DNA from: Eledone cirrhosa
Lineage: Eukaryota
Assembly: GCA_964016885.1 (NCBI GenBank)
Contig: OZ024740.1
Coordinates: 192,014,001-192,078,000, forward strand
Length of the DNA stretch: 64,000 nucleotides
Reading direction: 5' to 3'
In this document: piece after piece, positions 51,976 to 64,000 of the stretch
How positions within the stretch are numbered: position 1 is the stretch's first letter
Layout of the letters: each line of letters starts with the position of its first letter
The notes under the pieces: model-generated
Told to the model about the DNA's origin: nothing
Seen by the model: the letters and a program-made list of their open reading frames with translations, nothing else
Database searches by the model: none
Position numbers and translations under genes: made by a program

Positions 51976-54900
51976 ATTTCTTTATTTACCATAAAGGCAT
52001 AAACAGAAGGGACAAATACAAAGGGGGGAGTTTACATACAATCGAGTAAAAAGGGTATAACATGAAAATAATCGAAAATAACCTCAAAAGGGAGAGGACG
52101 TGATGGGGGTTGCACACACCCCCGAAAAAGTGTGCAATCCTTTGCCCGGGGAGCACATGGAGAAGGTGCATGATGGTTCAACCTTTACTTCTTTACCTAC
52201 AGGATGGTGTACAGAGAAGGCCCATTTACACGAGCCATTCTCGCCACTATCACCCACCTTTCATAAAAATGCCTGTCGCCAAGCACCTCTCTCTCCATTC
52301 TTATCCTTCTTCCGAAGTGATATCGGAAGAAGTAGACCAGACTCTGGCCAGAGAAGAAGTTGCCTGACCTCAGACCTTTCAATGGTGTCCACCAAACAGC
52401 CTCTTTCGACATGGCTATTATGCACAGAAAAACCGCCTTTGCTTCCTTTGTGAAGAGGGGAGGCGGCTTGATTGTCATCACGGACTCGGCGGTCAATTGA
52501 ATCGGCGCCACCCGCGACAGCAGTCGTTCGGCGTAGCCCCACATCAGCCACGCCCGGACATTGCACCAATGCGTGCGCAACGGTTTCTTCGTGACGCACG
52601 CATCTAGGGCAAATCTTTTTTGAGGGATCCCTGCCCGGGCGCCCATGTCTGTAGAGCCTCTCTCGAACGGGTAGAGCCCCCCGGTAGCACTGCCAGGCCA
52701 GTGACTTCTGGAAGTTGTCCATTGGTCCTGGGCCGAAAGTCCTACCGAACAGGCTGGCCAGTTCGTCTTCCTCCATGTCTAGCGACTCTCCAAGGGTGTC
52801 ATCGCCCCTGCTAGCCACCAGCCCTCTATAGAAGGATGAGGTGGATTCTCCACCGATGGCCTAGCCCGCTTGCCAGAGAGCCCTGAGCGCCTGAGCACAC
52901 TCAGTGTGCCAGTCTCCCAGTTTTCCGGATCTTTGCTTGACCTAGGACTGTAGCTCGGTGAGCGAGACGAGTCTCGGAAAGGCTCGTTTCACGAACGGAG
53001 CCCACACCGGTTGACCAGTGAGGAATACCTGTAGGTGCCGTAGCCTTAATGCGTGCCTACGCATCATCAACCACGGCATCCCCAGCCCTCCTTTCGAAGG
53101 CTGTTGGCAGCAGATGGACCTTCTCACCATAGGAGGCGCTTCTTCCAAAGAAATTGGAAGAGCATGCGTTCCATGGTGGTGAGTGTTTCCTTAGAGCAAG
53201 GCATGACAGTCAGGCGGTAGTAAGTGACGGACGCTATGTAAATGTTCGCCACCTCCGCCCGGCCTTTTAGGGACAGCTTACACTTGGCCCATTTCTGGGT
53301 TAGTGCAAACACCTTGTTCGTAACCTCGTTCCAGTTCTTTTCCACCTGGAGGTCCGGTCCAAACCAGACCCCAAGCAACTTTATGGGTCTGCCTCTCCAC
53401 GTTCCGAGTTGCAGCCCGATGGATTTTTCCCGGTTCAATTTCGCTCCTGACAACCTTTCGTAATCCTCCAGTAAGGTACCGATCGCCTCGATCTCCGAGT
53501 CGGTCGATACCATTACTGTTACGTCATCGGCGTAGGCCGACACCGCTTTGCTCAATCCTGGTTCCCTGCAACAATTCCAACTTCCTAAGTAAAGGCTCGA
53601 GAGTCAATATGTACAGAAGGGAGGAGAGAGGGCACCCCTATCGAATGGATCGTGTGATTTCGAACGGCTTCGAAAGGTAGCCGTTCACCTTGATCCTAGA
53701 ACAGATGCGGTTGCTATGTAAGGCAGTGATCCAGCCTCTGAAAACAGGACCGAACCCAGCCGCCGCTAGCACCGCATCCAGGAAACCATGGTCGACCCTA
53801 TCGAAGGCCTTAGACTGATCCAAGTTGATCAGGGCCCTACCGAAGCCGGGTTTGTTGCCAACCCTCTCTATGATGTATCGCATGAGGTGGAGGTTATCGT
53901 GAATGGACCTGGATGGGATAGCACATGTCTGCGCATCTCCCACCAGGCCACCCACGACAAGCGCCAGCTTTTGCTAACACCTTGGCCAAAATCTTTAACT
54001 CTGTGTTTAGCAGGGTTTTGGACCGAAAATTATTTATACTATCTCCCTTGTTCTCGTCCTTCCTCACCAGCGTGACTACGCCGTTGGCTACAGAACAAGA
54101 AATTCTCCCGTTCTGCTGCCAATTGCAGTAGACCGCTTCGAGGATTTCGGAGAAGAAGACCGGCATTGCTAAATAAAGTTCGTAAGGTATACCATCGAGA
54201 CCTGGAGATTTGCGTCTGCTGCATTGGCTCAGCGCATCTCCGATCTCATCAGCCGAGATTGGTGCCTCGCCGGACTCTGCCTCTTCGCTCGAGAGACGCG
54301 GCAGGCCGTCGAGGTATGGCCCGAAATCCACGCCCCCGCCCGGACCCTCGCATCCCCCGAACAATCGGGCAAAGTGCCTTTGAAAGGCCTCGCACATCTG
54401 CTTAGTCTCCCGGATCACCCGTCCATCTTCGTCTTGCAACGACCGGATGGTGGATCGATTTCCACTCTTAGCTTCTGTCACGCGGGCCCAGCCAACGGCT
54501 TTGGCCCCCTCATTACCTAGAGCACGTATTTTACTTCGAATGACGCAGCCTTCGTGCTTTGCATCGTAAAACTGGTTCAAGGCCGTCCTCGATGCCAGCA
54601 CTCTGGCCACATCTTCGCTCTTGATTGCCTCTTCTAATTTACCTGTTAATTCTTTCTCGTTTCTATTCCTATCGGCAGCTAACATCTTGCTATAACTTAT
54701 TGATTCTGTTCTAATCTCTCTTTTGAGAGATGCCCACCATTGGTTGTTGACGATTGCACCCGTCAACCTCTCCTTAACTAATCTGCTAATCCGGTTTCTG
54801 TAAGTCTCTTTTGCCGGTAAAGACAAATTAAGTTTCCAGTAACCGGGACCCTGTTTATGTGTTTTCTCGAGATTGACTACGCAGGTCACTAATTTGTGAT

Positions 54901-57732
54901 CCGTGTAGCCAACCGTGCGCATTTCTGGACAGCTTAATATGTCCCTATCCTTAGTACTAACTAAGAATCTATCTAGGTACGATCTAGATTGACCACTGTG
55001 GTTTCTCCAAGTCCAGGTAGGCACAGTTGGAAAATCTAGTCGATATCTATCGACCAAGGTAAAACGGTTGAGTAACCCCTTGAGGCTGTTACACCCCCCT
55101 CTATTAGGACATGCTCCTGCAAAGTCCCAACGTGCATCTAGGATGTCATTCCAATCCCCCGCTAGAAGCAGGGAATGCGACGTTCCCAGAAAAGTATCCA
55201 AACGATGGAAGAAGTCGGGCCGTTCAGCTCCGAAAGGGGAGTAGACGGCGACCAGTCTTAAGGCCGCACCTTCACTACTACCAACGTCTAGCACCAACAA
55301 ACGACCCTCCGGGTCCGAGTGCACAACCTGTACGGCAAGAGCCAGGTGTTTTTTCAGCAGTACGACAACCCCACCCTCACCTCCAGGTTGACAGAGAGAT
55401 GCATGCACCTCAAAGTCATCGAAGGTAGGGGCCAGCTGCCGCACGACGCTGATCCGAGTCTCACAGATAATCATTACATTTATACCACAAGACCTGAGGT
55501 CATTTAGAAGCTTTGCTTGCTTCCAAGTTGAGCCTAGGCCACGTGCATTTAAACATCCTACTCTTAACACATCCATGTGGGCGGCAGAGCCAAAGGAGAG
55601 TGTAGAGACCTACCTTTCCGCTTCCCGGGGTTCGGGTTGCACGACTTCCATGGGGTCGGGGGTGTTGGGTGAAGGGGTGTCTTGTGGAGGTGTGGGGTCG
55701 TCAGTGTGTGGTGGGGTTGGGCTGTTTGGATTTGTGTTGGGGAGGGGAAGGGGAGGGGGAAAGATTTTTAGTAGGACGCGGTTTATGGGTTTGACAGAGG
55801 GTGGCCCTACGTCCTCCTTAAAATCCTATTTTAGTTTTTGGTAGAGGTTCATTGGGATCTTTATTAATTTTAAATGTGGGTAGTTTTCTGAAGAAACAAA
55901 GTTTACACCTTCGGTTTGTACCGAAGGATTATTGTATATGAGTTCATTTAATTTATTATTGTTTCTGTTGATGTAAGTATAGTGTAATGTCTTTTTCTCG
56001 GATGGTGTGAGTGTTACGGAGAGGGGAGGGGCAGGTTTGGTTTTGTTTGTTGCTGGAGTGGTGTTTTCTGTTTGGTTGGATTGTGTTGAGATTTGGGTGG
56101 GGGTTGTTTGGCCTTGTGTGTTTTGCACATGTTTTCTTTTTTTCCTTTTAATCTGTCTGAAGGACTCCGTTTCTTCCTCCGAATTCGTTGGGTTATCTTC
56201 AGTGTTGGAGGGAAGAGGTATGTTTGCTGGTAATGTTTCCGTGTTGGTTTTCTTTGTGGGGGAGATGGATGTCACTATGTTAGACTGTGTTGTTTGCTGT
56301 GTCTGCGGTGGTTGTGTTGTTTTATTGAGTGAGAGGTTGGGTGGGCCTGTATTTTGTTTTGGGGTAGTGATGTGACTGTTTGTGTTGTGGTGGTGGTGTA
56401 GTTTTACTGAGGGACGGGTTGTGTGGGACTGAGTTTTGTTGTTTGTTTATCGGTTGTGGTGCTGGAGCTGGTGTTGGTAGCAGGGTTTTCTTTTTGTTGA
56501 GTTGGGGACAAGCGGCCTTCAGGTGTCCTCTGCCTGCACAGACATGACAGGACGGCCTTCTCCCCTCCACGCTAATGTTTATATACCCGTGGCCCTCTAA
56601 TAGGATTCTGTCGGGTATTTAGGCGATGCGTTCAGGCTTCATTTGCACTACCAGCTCTATTCCTGTTCCACTGAACGCATTGCCTGTGGTTTTCCCAATG
56701 GAAATCACGTTGTCATTCACTGGATCGATGAAGCCAGCTATGAGCCAACAGTAGTCCACATCTGGCTTCATTGCATTCAGCCATATTCGTTGAGTTCTTT
56801 TACCTATATAAGATGGTTAAAAGGTAAAATTTTTCGAACGAATCGGTGACAAAGCACATTTTTTTGCCGCCGATTCGGTCTCCATGATAATTGCTAGGCT
56901 TCCATACAGTCTGTCTTTTCTTATGAAAGTGGTTTCATTAAGTACTTCAATGAGTACTGTTTTGATATCTGCTTGAGAAGGCTGTTCAGGTTTTTTTGAA
57001 GTGTTGTTAATGGTGCGGAACACGACCGTTTGACTTTCAATGTCTTTGGTGAATTCTTGAGGCATTTTTACCGATAAAATACCATTCTCTCCTTCACTTA
57101 TGTATTGTTTGGCGTCTGTGATTCTTCGTGCCACATCTGAAATATGTTCGGCTACATATGTCAAAGATTTCTTTGTTGTTTGTGCAAATGAAATCTTGAC
57201 TCTGTCATCTGCTTTGCTTTCTGTTATGGTGTTATATTCAAATGTTATTTTTGTGTTTGTTGTGTCTTTGTTAGTGGAGTTAGTATGGTCATGCAATTTT
57301 TCATATTTTTTTTTTTTCGTTGTTGGAATCCATGTCCAGATTTGTGTTTTCATCATTTTTTTTCTCCGCAGATTCGTCCGTTTTTATTTTAATTTTTCCT
57401 TCCTTCTCTATGACGTTAGTTTTGAAGGAAGGGTGGACTAAAGCGTGCGAGCTTACAACTCTTACCGCTGTCCCCCCACCACTATTTTCGTTCGCTTCGT
57501 TTAACATTTCTGTCAGACGATTGAACTTTTTTTGCCACAAAATTTTTTTAAATAGGTTTTTCACCTCTAGGAGGGGTAAAGATTTGCTGACCCACCGCCT
57601 GACAGTTCAGACGGTGGGTCAAGCTACACAATAGTATCAAAATTAAATTTGAACTCACAAATTTTCCGCAATAAATTTGAACAAAACTTCAGCGCGAAGT
57701 GAATTACATCCACACTGTAGAACAGACGACAG
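51976..57732 (-). mobile_element. Tx1-like copy F, full length (5' UTR, ORF1, ORF2, 3' UTR) with few lesions
   Basis: ORF1 zinc knuckle CHVCAGRGHLKAAC; ORF2 53894-55576 has a complete APE domain; RT YADD; C-terminal CPRC..H..C; stop at 52197. Confidence 0.96.
53894..55576 (-). pseudogene. ORF2 N-terminal part (APE endonuclease and start of RT) of copy F, 560 aa before a frameshift
   Basis: LNARGL, ICETR, AVYSP, GDWN, TWTW, SYLDRF, TDHKLV, GYWKLN, KSPGLDGIP. Confidence 0.9.
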
Positions 57733-57749
57733 CTAGATTAATAGATAGA

Positions 57750-60700
57750 TTTCTTTATTTACCATAAAGGCATAAAAAGAAAGGACAAATATAAGGGGGA
57801 GTTTACATAAAATCGAGTAAAAAGGGTGTAACATGAAAATAATCGAAAATGACCTCAAAAGGGAGGGGACGTGATAGGGGTTGCACACACCCCCGAAAAA
57901 GTGTGCAATCCTTTGCCCGGGGAGCACATGGAGAAGGTGCTCCCCTCTCCTTTACTTCTTTACCTACAGGATGGTATACAGAGAAGGCCCATTTACACGA
58001 GCCATTCTCGCCACTATCACCCACCTTTCATAAAACTGCCTGTGGCCAAGCACCTCTCTCTCCATTCTTATCCTTCTTCCGAATGATATCAGAAGAAGTA
58101 GACCAGACTATGGCCAGAGAGGATTTGCCTGACCTCAGACCTTTCAATCGTGTCCACCAAACAACCTCTTTCGACATGGCTATTACGCACAGAAAAACCG
58201 CCTTTGCTTCATTTGTGAAGAGGGGAGGCGGTTTGATTGTCATCACGGACTCGGCGGTCAATTTAATCGGCGCCACCCGCGACAGCAGTCGTTCGGCGTA
58301 GCCCCACAGATCAGCTACGCCCGGACATTGCACCAATGCGTGCGCAACGGTTTCTTCGTGACGCACGTATCTAGGGCAAATCTTTTTTGAGGGATCCCTG
58401 CCCGGGCGCCCGTGTCTGTAGAGCCTCTCTCGAACGGGTAGAGCCCCCCGGTAGAACTGCCAGGCCAGTGACTTCTGGAAGTTGTCCATTGGTCCTGAGC
58501 CGAAAGTCCTACCGAACAGGCTGGCCAGTTCGTCTTCTTCCATGTCCAGCGACTATTCCAAGGGTGTCATCGCCCCTGCTAGCCACCAGCCCTCTATAGA
58601 AGGATGAGGTGGATTCTCCACCGATGGCCTGGCCCGCTTGCCAGAGAGCCCTGAACGCCTGAGCACACTCAGTGTGCCAGTCTCCCAGTTTTCCGGATCT
58701 TTGCTTGACCCAGGACTGTAGCTCGGTGAGCGAGACGAGTCTCGGAAAGGCTCGTTTCACGAACGGAGCCCACACCGGTTGACCAGTGAGGAATACCTGT
58801 AGGTGCCGTAGCCTTAATGCGTGCCTACGCATCATCAACCACGGCATCCCCAGCCCTCCTTTCGAAGGTTGTTGGCAGCAGATGGACCTTCTCACCATAG
58901 GAGGGCGCTTCTTGCAAAGAAATTGGAAGAGCATGCGTTCCATGGTGGCGAGTGTTTCCTTAGGGCAAGGCACGACAGTCAGGCGGTAGTAAGTGACGGA
59001 CGCTATGTAAATGTTCGCCACCTCCGCCCGGCCTTTTAGGGACAGCTTACACTTGGCCCATTTCTGGGTTAGTGCAAACACCTTGTTCGTAACCTCATTC
59101 CAGTTCTTTTCCACCTGGAGGTCCGGTCCAAACCAGACCCCAACCAACTTTACCGGGCCCTCCGTCCAGTGTCCGACGACACCGTCAGAAGGCATCGGTC
59201 TGCCTCTCCACTTTCCGAGTTGCAGCCCGATGGATTTTTCCCGGTTCAGTTTCGCTCCTGACAACCTTTCGTACTCCTCCAGTAAGGTACCGATCGCCTC
59301 GATCTCCGAGTCGGTCGATACCATTACTGTTACGTCATCGGCGTAGGCCGACCCGCTTTGCTCAATCCTTGTTCCAGGGGGATACCCTGCAACAACTCCA
59401 ACTTTCTCAGTAAAGGCTCGAGAGTCAATACGTACAGAAGGGAGGAGAGAGGGCACCCCTGTCGAATGGATCGTGTGATTTTGAACGGCTTCGAAAGGTA
59501 GCCGTTCCCCTTGATCCTAGAACAGATGTGGTTGCTATGTAAGGCAGTGATCCAGCCTCTGAAAACAGGACCGAACCCAGCCGCCGCTAGCACCGCATCC
59601 AGGTAGCCATGGTCGACCCTATCGAAGGCCTTAGACTGATCCAAGTTGATCAGGGCCCCACTAAAGCCGGGTTTGTTGCCAACCCTCTCTATGATGTATC
59701 GCATGAGGTGGAGGTTATCGTGAATGGACCTGGATGGGATAGCACATGTCTGCGCATCTCCCACCAGGCTACCCACGACAAGCGCCAACCTCTTTGCTAA
59801 CACCTTGGCCAAAATCTTTAACTCTGTGTTTAGCAGGGTTATGGGCCGAAAATTATTTATACTATCCCCCTTGTTCTCGTCCTTCCTCACCAGCGTGACT
59901 ACGCCCTTGGCTACAGAACAAGGAATTTCCCGTTCTGCTGCCAATTGCAGTAGACCGCTTCGAGGAGTTCGGAGAAGAAGACCGGCATTGCTAAATAATG
60001 TTCGTAAGGTATACCATCGAGACATGGAGATTTGCGTCTGCTGCATTGGCTCAGCGCATCTCCGATCTCATCAGCCGAGATTGGTCCCTCGCAGGACTCT
60101 GCCTATTCGCTCGAGAGACGCGGCAGGCCGTCGAGGTATGGCCCGAAATCCACGACCCCGCCCGGACCCTCGCCTCCACCGAACAATCGGGCAAAGTGCC
60201 TTTGAAAGGCCTCGCACATCTGCATAGGCTCCCAGATCACCCGTCGATCTTCGTCTTGCAACGACCGGATGGTGGATCGATTTCCACTCTTAGCTTCTGT
60301 CACGCGGGCCCAGCCAACGGCTTTGGCCCCCTCATTACCTAGAGCACGTATTTTACTTCGAATGACGCAGCCTTCGTGCTTTGCATCGAAAAATTGGTTC
60401 AAGGCCGTCCTCGATGCCAGCACTCTGGCCACATCTTCGCTCTTGATTGCCTCTTCTAATTTACCTGTTAATTCTTTCTCGTTTCTATTCCTATCGGCAG
60501 CTAACATCTTGCTATAACTTATTGATTCTGTTCTAATCTCTCTTTTGAGAGATGGCCACCATCGGTTGTTGACGATTGCACCCGTCAACCTCGCCTTAAC
60601 TAATCTGCTAATCCGGTTTCTGTAAGTCTCTTTTGCCGGTAAAGACAAATTAAGTTTCCAGTAACCGGGACCCTGTTTATGTGTTTTCTCGAGATTGACT

Positions 60701-63539
60701 ACGCAGGTCACTAATTTGTGGTCCGTGTAGCCAACCGTGCGCATTTCTGGACAGCTTAATATGTCCCTATCCTTACTTCTAACTAAGAATCTATCTAAGT
60801 ACGATCTAGATTGACCACTGTGGTTTCTCCAAGTCCAGGTAGGCACAGTTGGAAAATCTAGTCGATATCTATCGACCAAGTTAAAACGGTTGAGTAACCC
60901 TTGAGGCTGTTACACCACCCTCTATTAGGACATGCTCCTGCATAGTCCCAACGTGCATCTAGGATGTCATTCCAATCCCCCGCTAGAAGCAGGGAACGCG
61001 ACGTTCCCAGAAAAGTATCCAAACGATGGAAGAAGTCGGGCCGTTCAGCTCCGAAAGGGGAGTAGACGGCGACCAGACTCAAGGCCGCACTTTCACTACT
61101 GCCAACGTCTAGCACCAACAAACGACCCTCCGGGTCCGAGTGCACAACCTGTACGGCAAGACCCAGGTGTTTTTTGCAGCAGTACGACAACCCCACCCCC
61201 ACCTCCAGGTTGACAGAGAGATGCATGCACCTCAAAGTCATCGAAGGTGGGGGCCAGCTGCCGCACGACGCTGATCCGAGTCTCACAGATAACCATTACA
61301 TTTATACTACATGACCTGAGGTTCTTTTAGAAGCTTTGCTTGATTCCAAGTTGAGCCCAGGCCCCGTGCATTCAAACATCCTACTCTTAACACATCCATG
61401 TGGGCGGCAGAGCCAAAGGAGAGTGTAGAGACCTACCTTTCCGCTTCCCGGGGTTCGGGTTGCACGACTTCCATGGGGTCGGGGGTGTTGGGTGAAGGGG
61501 TGTCTTGTGGTGGTGTGGGGTCGTCAGTGGTTGGTGGGGTTGGGCTGTTTGGAGTTGTGTTGGGGAGGGGAAGAGGAGGGGAAAGCTTTTTAGTAGGACG
61601 CGGTTTATGGGTTTGACAGAGGGTGGCCCTACGTCCTCCTTAAAATCCTTTTTTAGTTTTTGGTAGAGGTTCATTGGGATCTTTATTAATTTTAAATGTG
61701 GGTAGTTTTCTGAAGAAACAAAGTTTACACCTTCGGTTTGTACCGAAGGATTATTGTATATGAGTTCATTTAATTTATTATTGTTTCTGTTGATGTAAGT
61801 ATAGTGTAATGTCTTTTTCTCGGATGGTGTGAGTGTTACGGAGAGGGGAGGGGCAGGTTTGGTTTTGTTTGTTGCTGGAGGGGTGTTTTCTGTTTGGTTG
61901 GATTGTGTTGAGATGTGGGTGGGGGTTGTTTGGCCTTGTGTGTTTTGCACATGTTTTCTTTTTTTCCTTTTAATCTGTCTGAAGGACTCCGTTTCTTCCT
62001 CCGAATTCGTTGGGTTATCTTCAGTGTTGGAGGGAAGAGGTATGTTTGCTGGTAATGTTTCCGTGTTGGTTTTCTTTGTGGGGGAGATGGATGTCACTAT
62101 GTTAGACTGTGTTGTTTGCTGTGTCTGCGGTGGTTGTGTTGTTTTATTGAGTGAGAGGTTGGGTGGGCCTGTATTTTGTTTTGGGGTAGTGATGTGACTG
62201 TTTGTGTTGTGGTGGTGGTGTAGTTTTACTGAGGGACGGGTTGGGTGGGACTGAGTTTTGTTGTTTGTTTATCTGTTGTGGTGGTGGAACTGGTGTTGGT
62301 AGCAGGGTTTTCTTTTTGTTGAGTTGGGGACAAGCGGCCTTCAGGTGCCCTCTGCCTGCACAGATATGGCAGGACGGCCTTCTCAGCTCCACGCTAATGT
62401 TTATATACCCGTGGTCCTCTAATAGGATTCTGTCGGGTATTTGGGCGATGCGTTCAGGCTTCATTTGCACTACCAGCTCTATACCTGTTCCACTGAACGC
62501 ATTGCCTGTGGTTTTCCCAATGGAAATCACGTTGTCATTCACTGGATCGATGAAGCCAGCTATGACCCAGCAGTAGTCCACACCTGGCATCATTGCATCC
62601 AGCCATATGCGTTGAGTTCTTTTACCCATATAAGATGGATAAAAGGTAACATTTTTTTCGAACGAATCGGTGACAAAGGCCATTGTTTTGCCGCGATTCG
62701 TTCTTCATGATAATTGCTAGGCTTCCATACAGTTTGTCTTTTCTTATGAAAGTGGTTTCATTAAGTACTTCTGTGAGTACTGTTTTGATATCTGCTTGAG
62801 AAGGCTGTTCAGGTTTTTTTGTACTGTTGTTGATGGTCCGAAACTTGACCGTTCGGCTTTCAATGTCTTTGGTGAATTCTTGAGGCATTTTTACCGATAA
62901 AATACCATTCTCTCCTTCACTTATGTATTGTTTGGCGTCTGTGATCCTTCGTGCCACATCTGAAATATTTTCCGGTATATAAGTCAAAGATTTCTATGTT
63001 TTCTGTGCAAATGAAATCTTGTCTGCTTTGCTTTCTGTTATGGTGTTATTTTCAAATGTTATTTTTGTGTTTGTTGTGTCTTTGTTTGTGGTGTTAGTAT
63101 GGTCATGCAATTTTTTTTTTTTGTTGGAATCCATGTCCAGATTTGTGTTTTCATCATTTTTTTCTCCGCAGATTCGTCCGTTTTTATTTTAATTTTTCCT
63201 TCCTTCTCTATGACGTTAGTTGGGAAGGAAGGGGGGGGGGGGACTAAAGCGTGCGAGCTTACAACTCTTACCGCTGTCCCCCCACCACTATTTTCGTTCG
63301 CTTCGTTTAACATTTCTGTCAGACGATTGAACTTTTTTTGCAACAAATTTTTTTTAAATAGGTTTTTCACCTCTAGGAGGGGTAAAGATGAGCGGACCCA
63401 CCACCTGACAGTTGAGACGGGGGGTCAAGCTACACAATAGTATCAAAATTAAATTTGAACTCACAAAATTTCCGCAATCAATTTGAACAAAACTTCTGCG
63501 CGAAGTGAATTACATCCACACTGTAGAACAGACGACAGC
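57750..63539 (-). mobile_element. Tx1-like copy G, full length and near-identical to copy F
   Basis: Colinear with copy F throughout; zinc knuckle CHICAGRGHLKAAC; ORF2 ATG at 61399; RQGCPLS and YADD; stop at 57964-57966. Confidence 0.96.
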
Positions 63540-63540
63540 T

Positions 63541-63566
63541 AGATTAATAGATAGATAAATAGATAT

Positions 63567-63633
<67 letters not shown>

Positions 63634-63697
63634 TATTTCTTTATTAGCCACAGGGGCACAAAAGAAGGGGACAAATACAAAGGGGGAAGTTTACATA

Positions 63698-63729
<32 letters not shown>
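63541..63729. repeat. (GATA)n tracts enclosing a ~65 bp Tx1-like 3' stub (63635-63697, minus strand)
   Basis: TTTCTTTATTAGCCACAGGGGCACAAAAGAAGGGGACAAATACAAAGGGGG matches the 3' UTR ends of copies B, D and F. Confidence 0.9.
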
Positions 63730-63880
63730 CGTTATCACTATACAGATGTGATGACAGATTTGCACTCAAAATTCCCCATTTTGAGATCGTTTGGAAAAAA
63801 CGCGCATAGGTGTCTCTCATTCAACAAATAGACATGGTAACACGTACTTAAAATAAAAGAAAAACATTTGACCATCACTG

Positions 63881-64000
<120 letters not shown>

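Overview
AT-rich, repeat-dominated eukaryotic DNA, most likely a cephalopod (Octopus-like) intergenic or intronic region; this is inferred from the SINE family and the microsatellite load. No intact host protein-coding gene was identified. The window holds at least seven large copies of L1/Tx1-like non-LTR retrotransposons. Four of these, plus a short stub, form a roughly 19 kb head-to-tail array (44.8-63.7 kb) separated by (TATC)n/(GATA)n tracts. It also contains two R4/Dong-type RLE retrotransposons near (TAA)n, Penelope-like (GIY-YIG) remnants with several hammerhead-ribozyme-like motifs, RTE and CR1 remnants, tRNA-derived SINEs, two MITE-like foldbacks and many microsatellites. The most notable observation is in the Tx1-like families: the ORF1 stop codon overlaps a consensus splice donor (AG|GTAAGT or AG|GTAGGT), and the ORF2 stop codon TAG coincides with a polypyrimidine/AG acceptor, so ORF2 appears to lie inside an intron. 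All alignments and folds were done by eye and boundaries are approximate.
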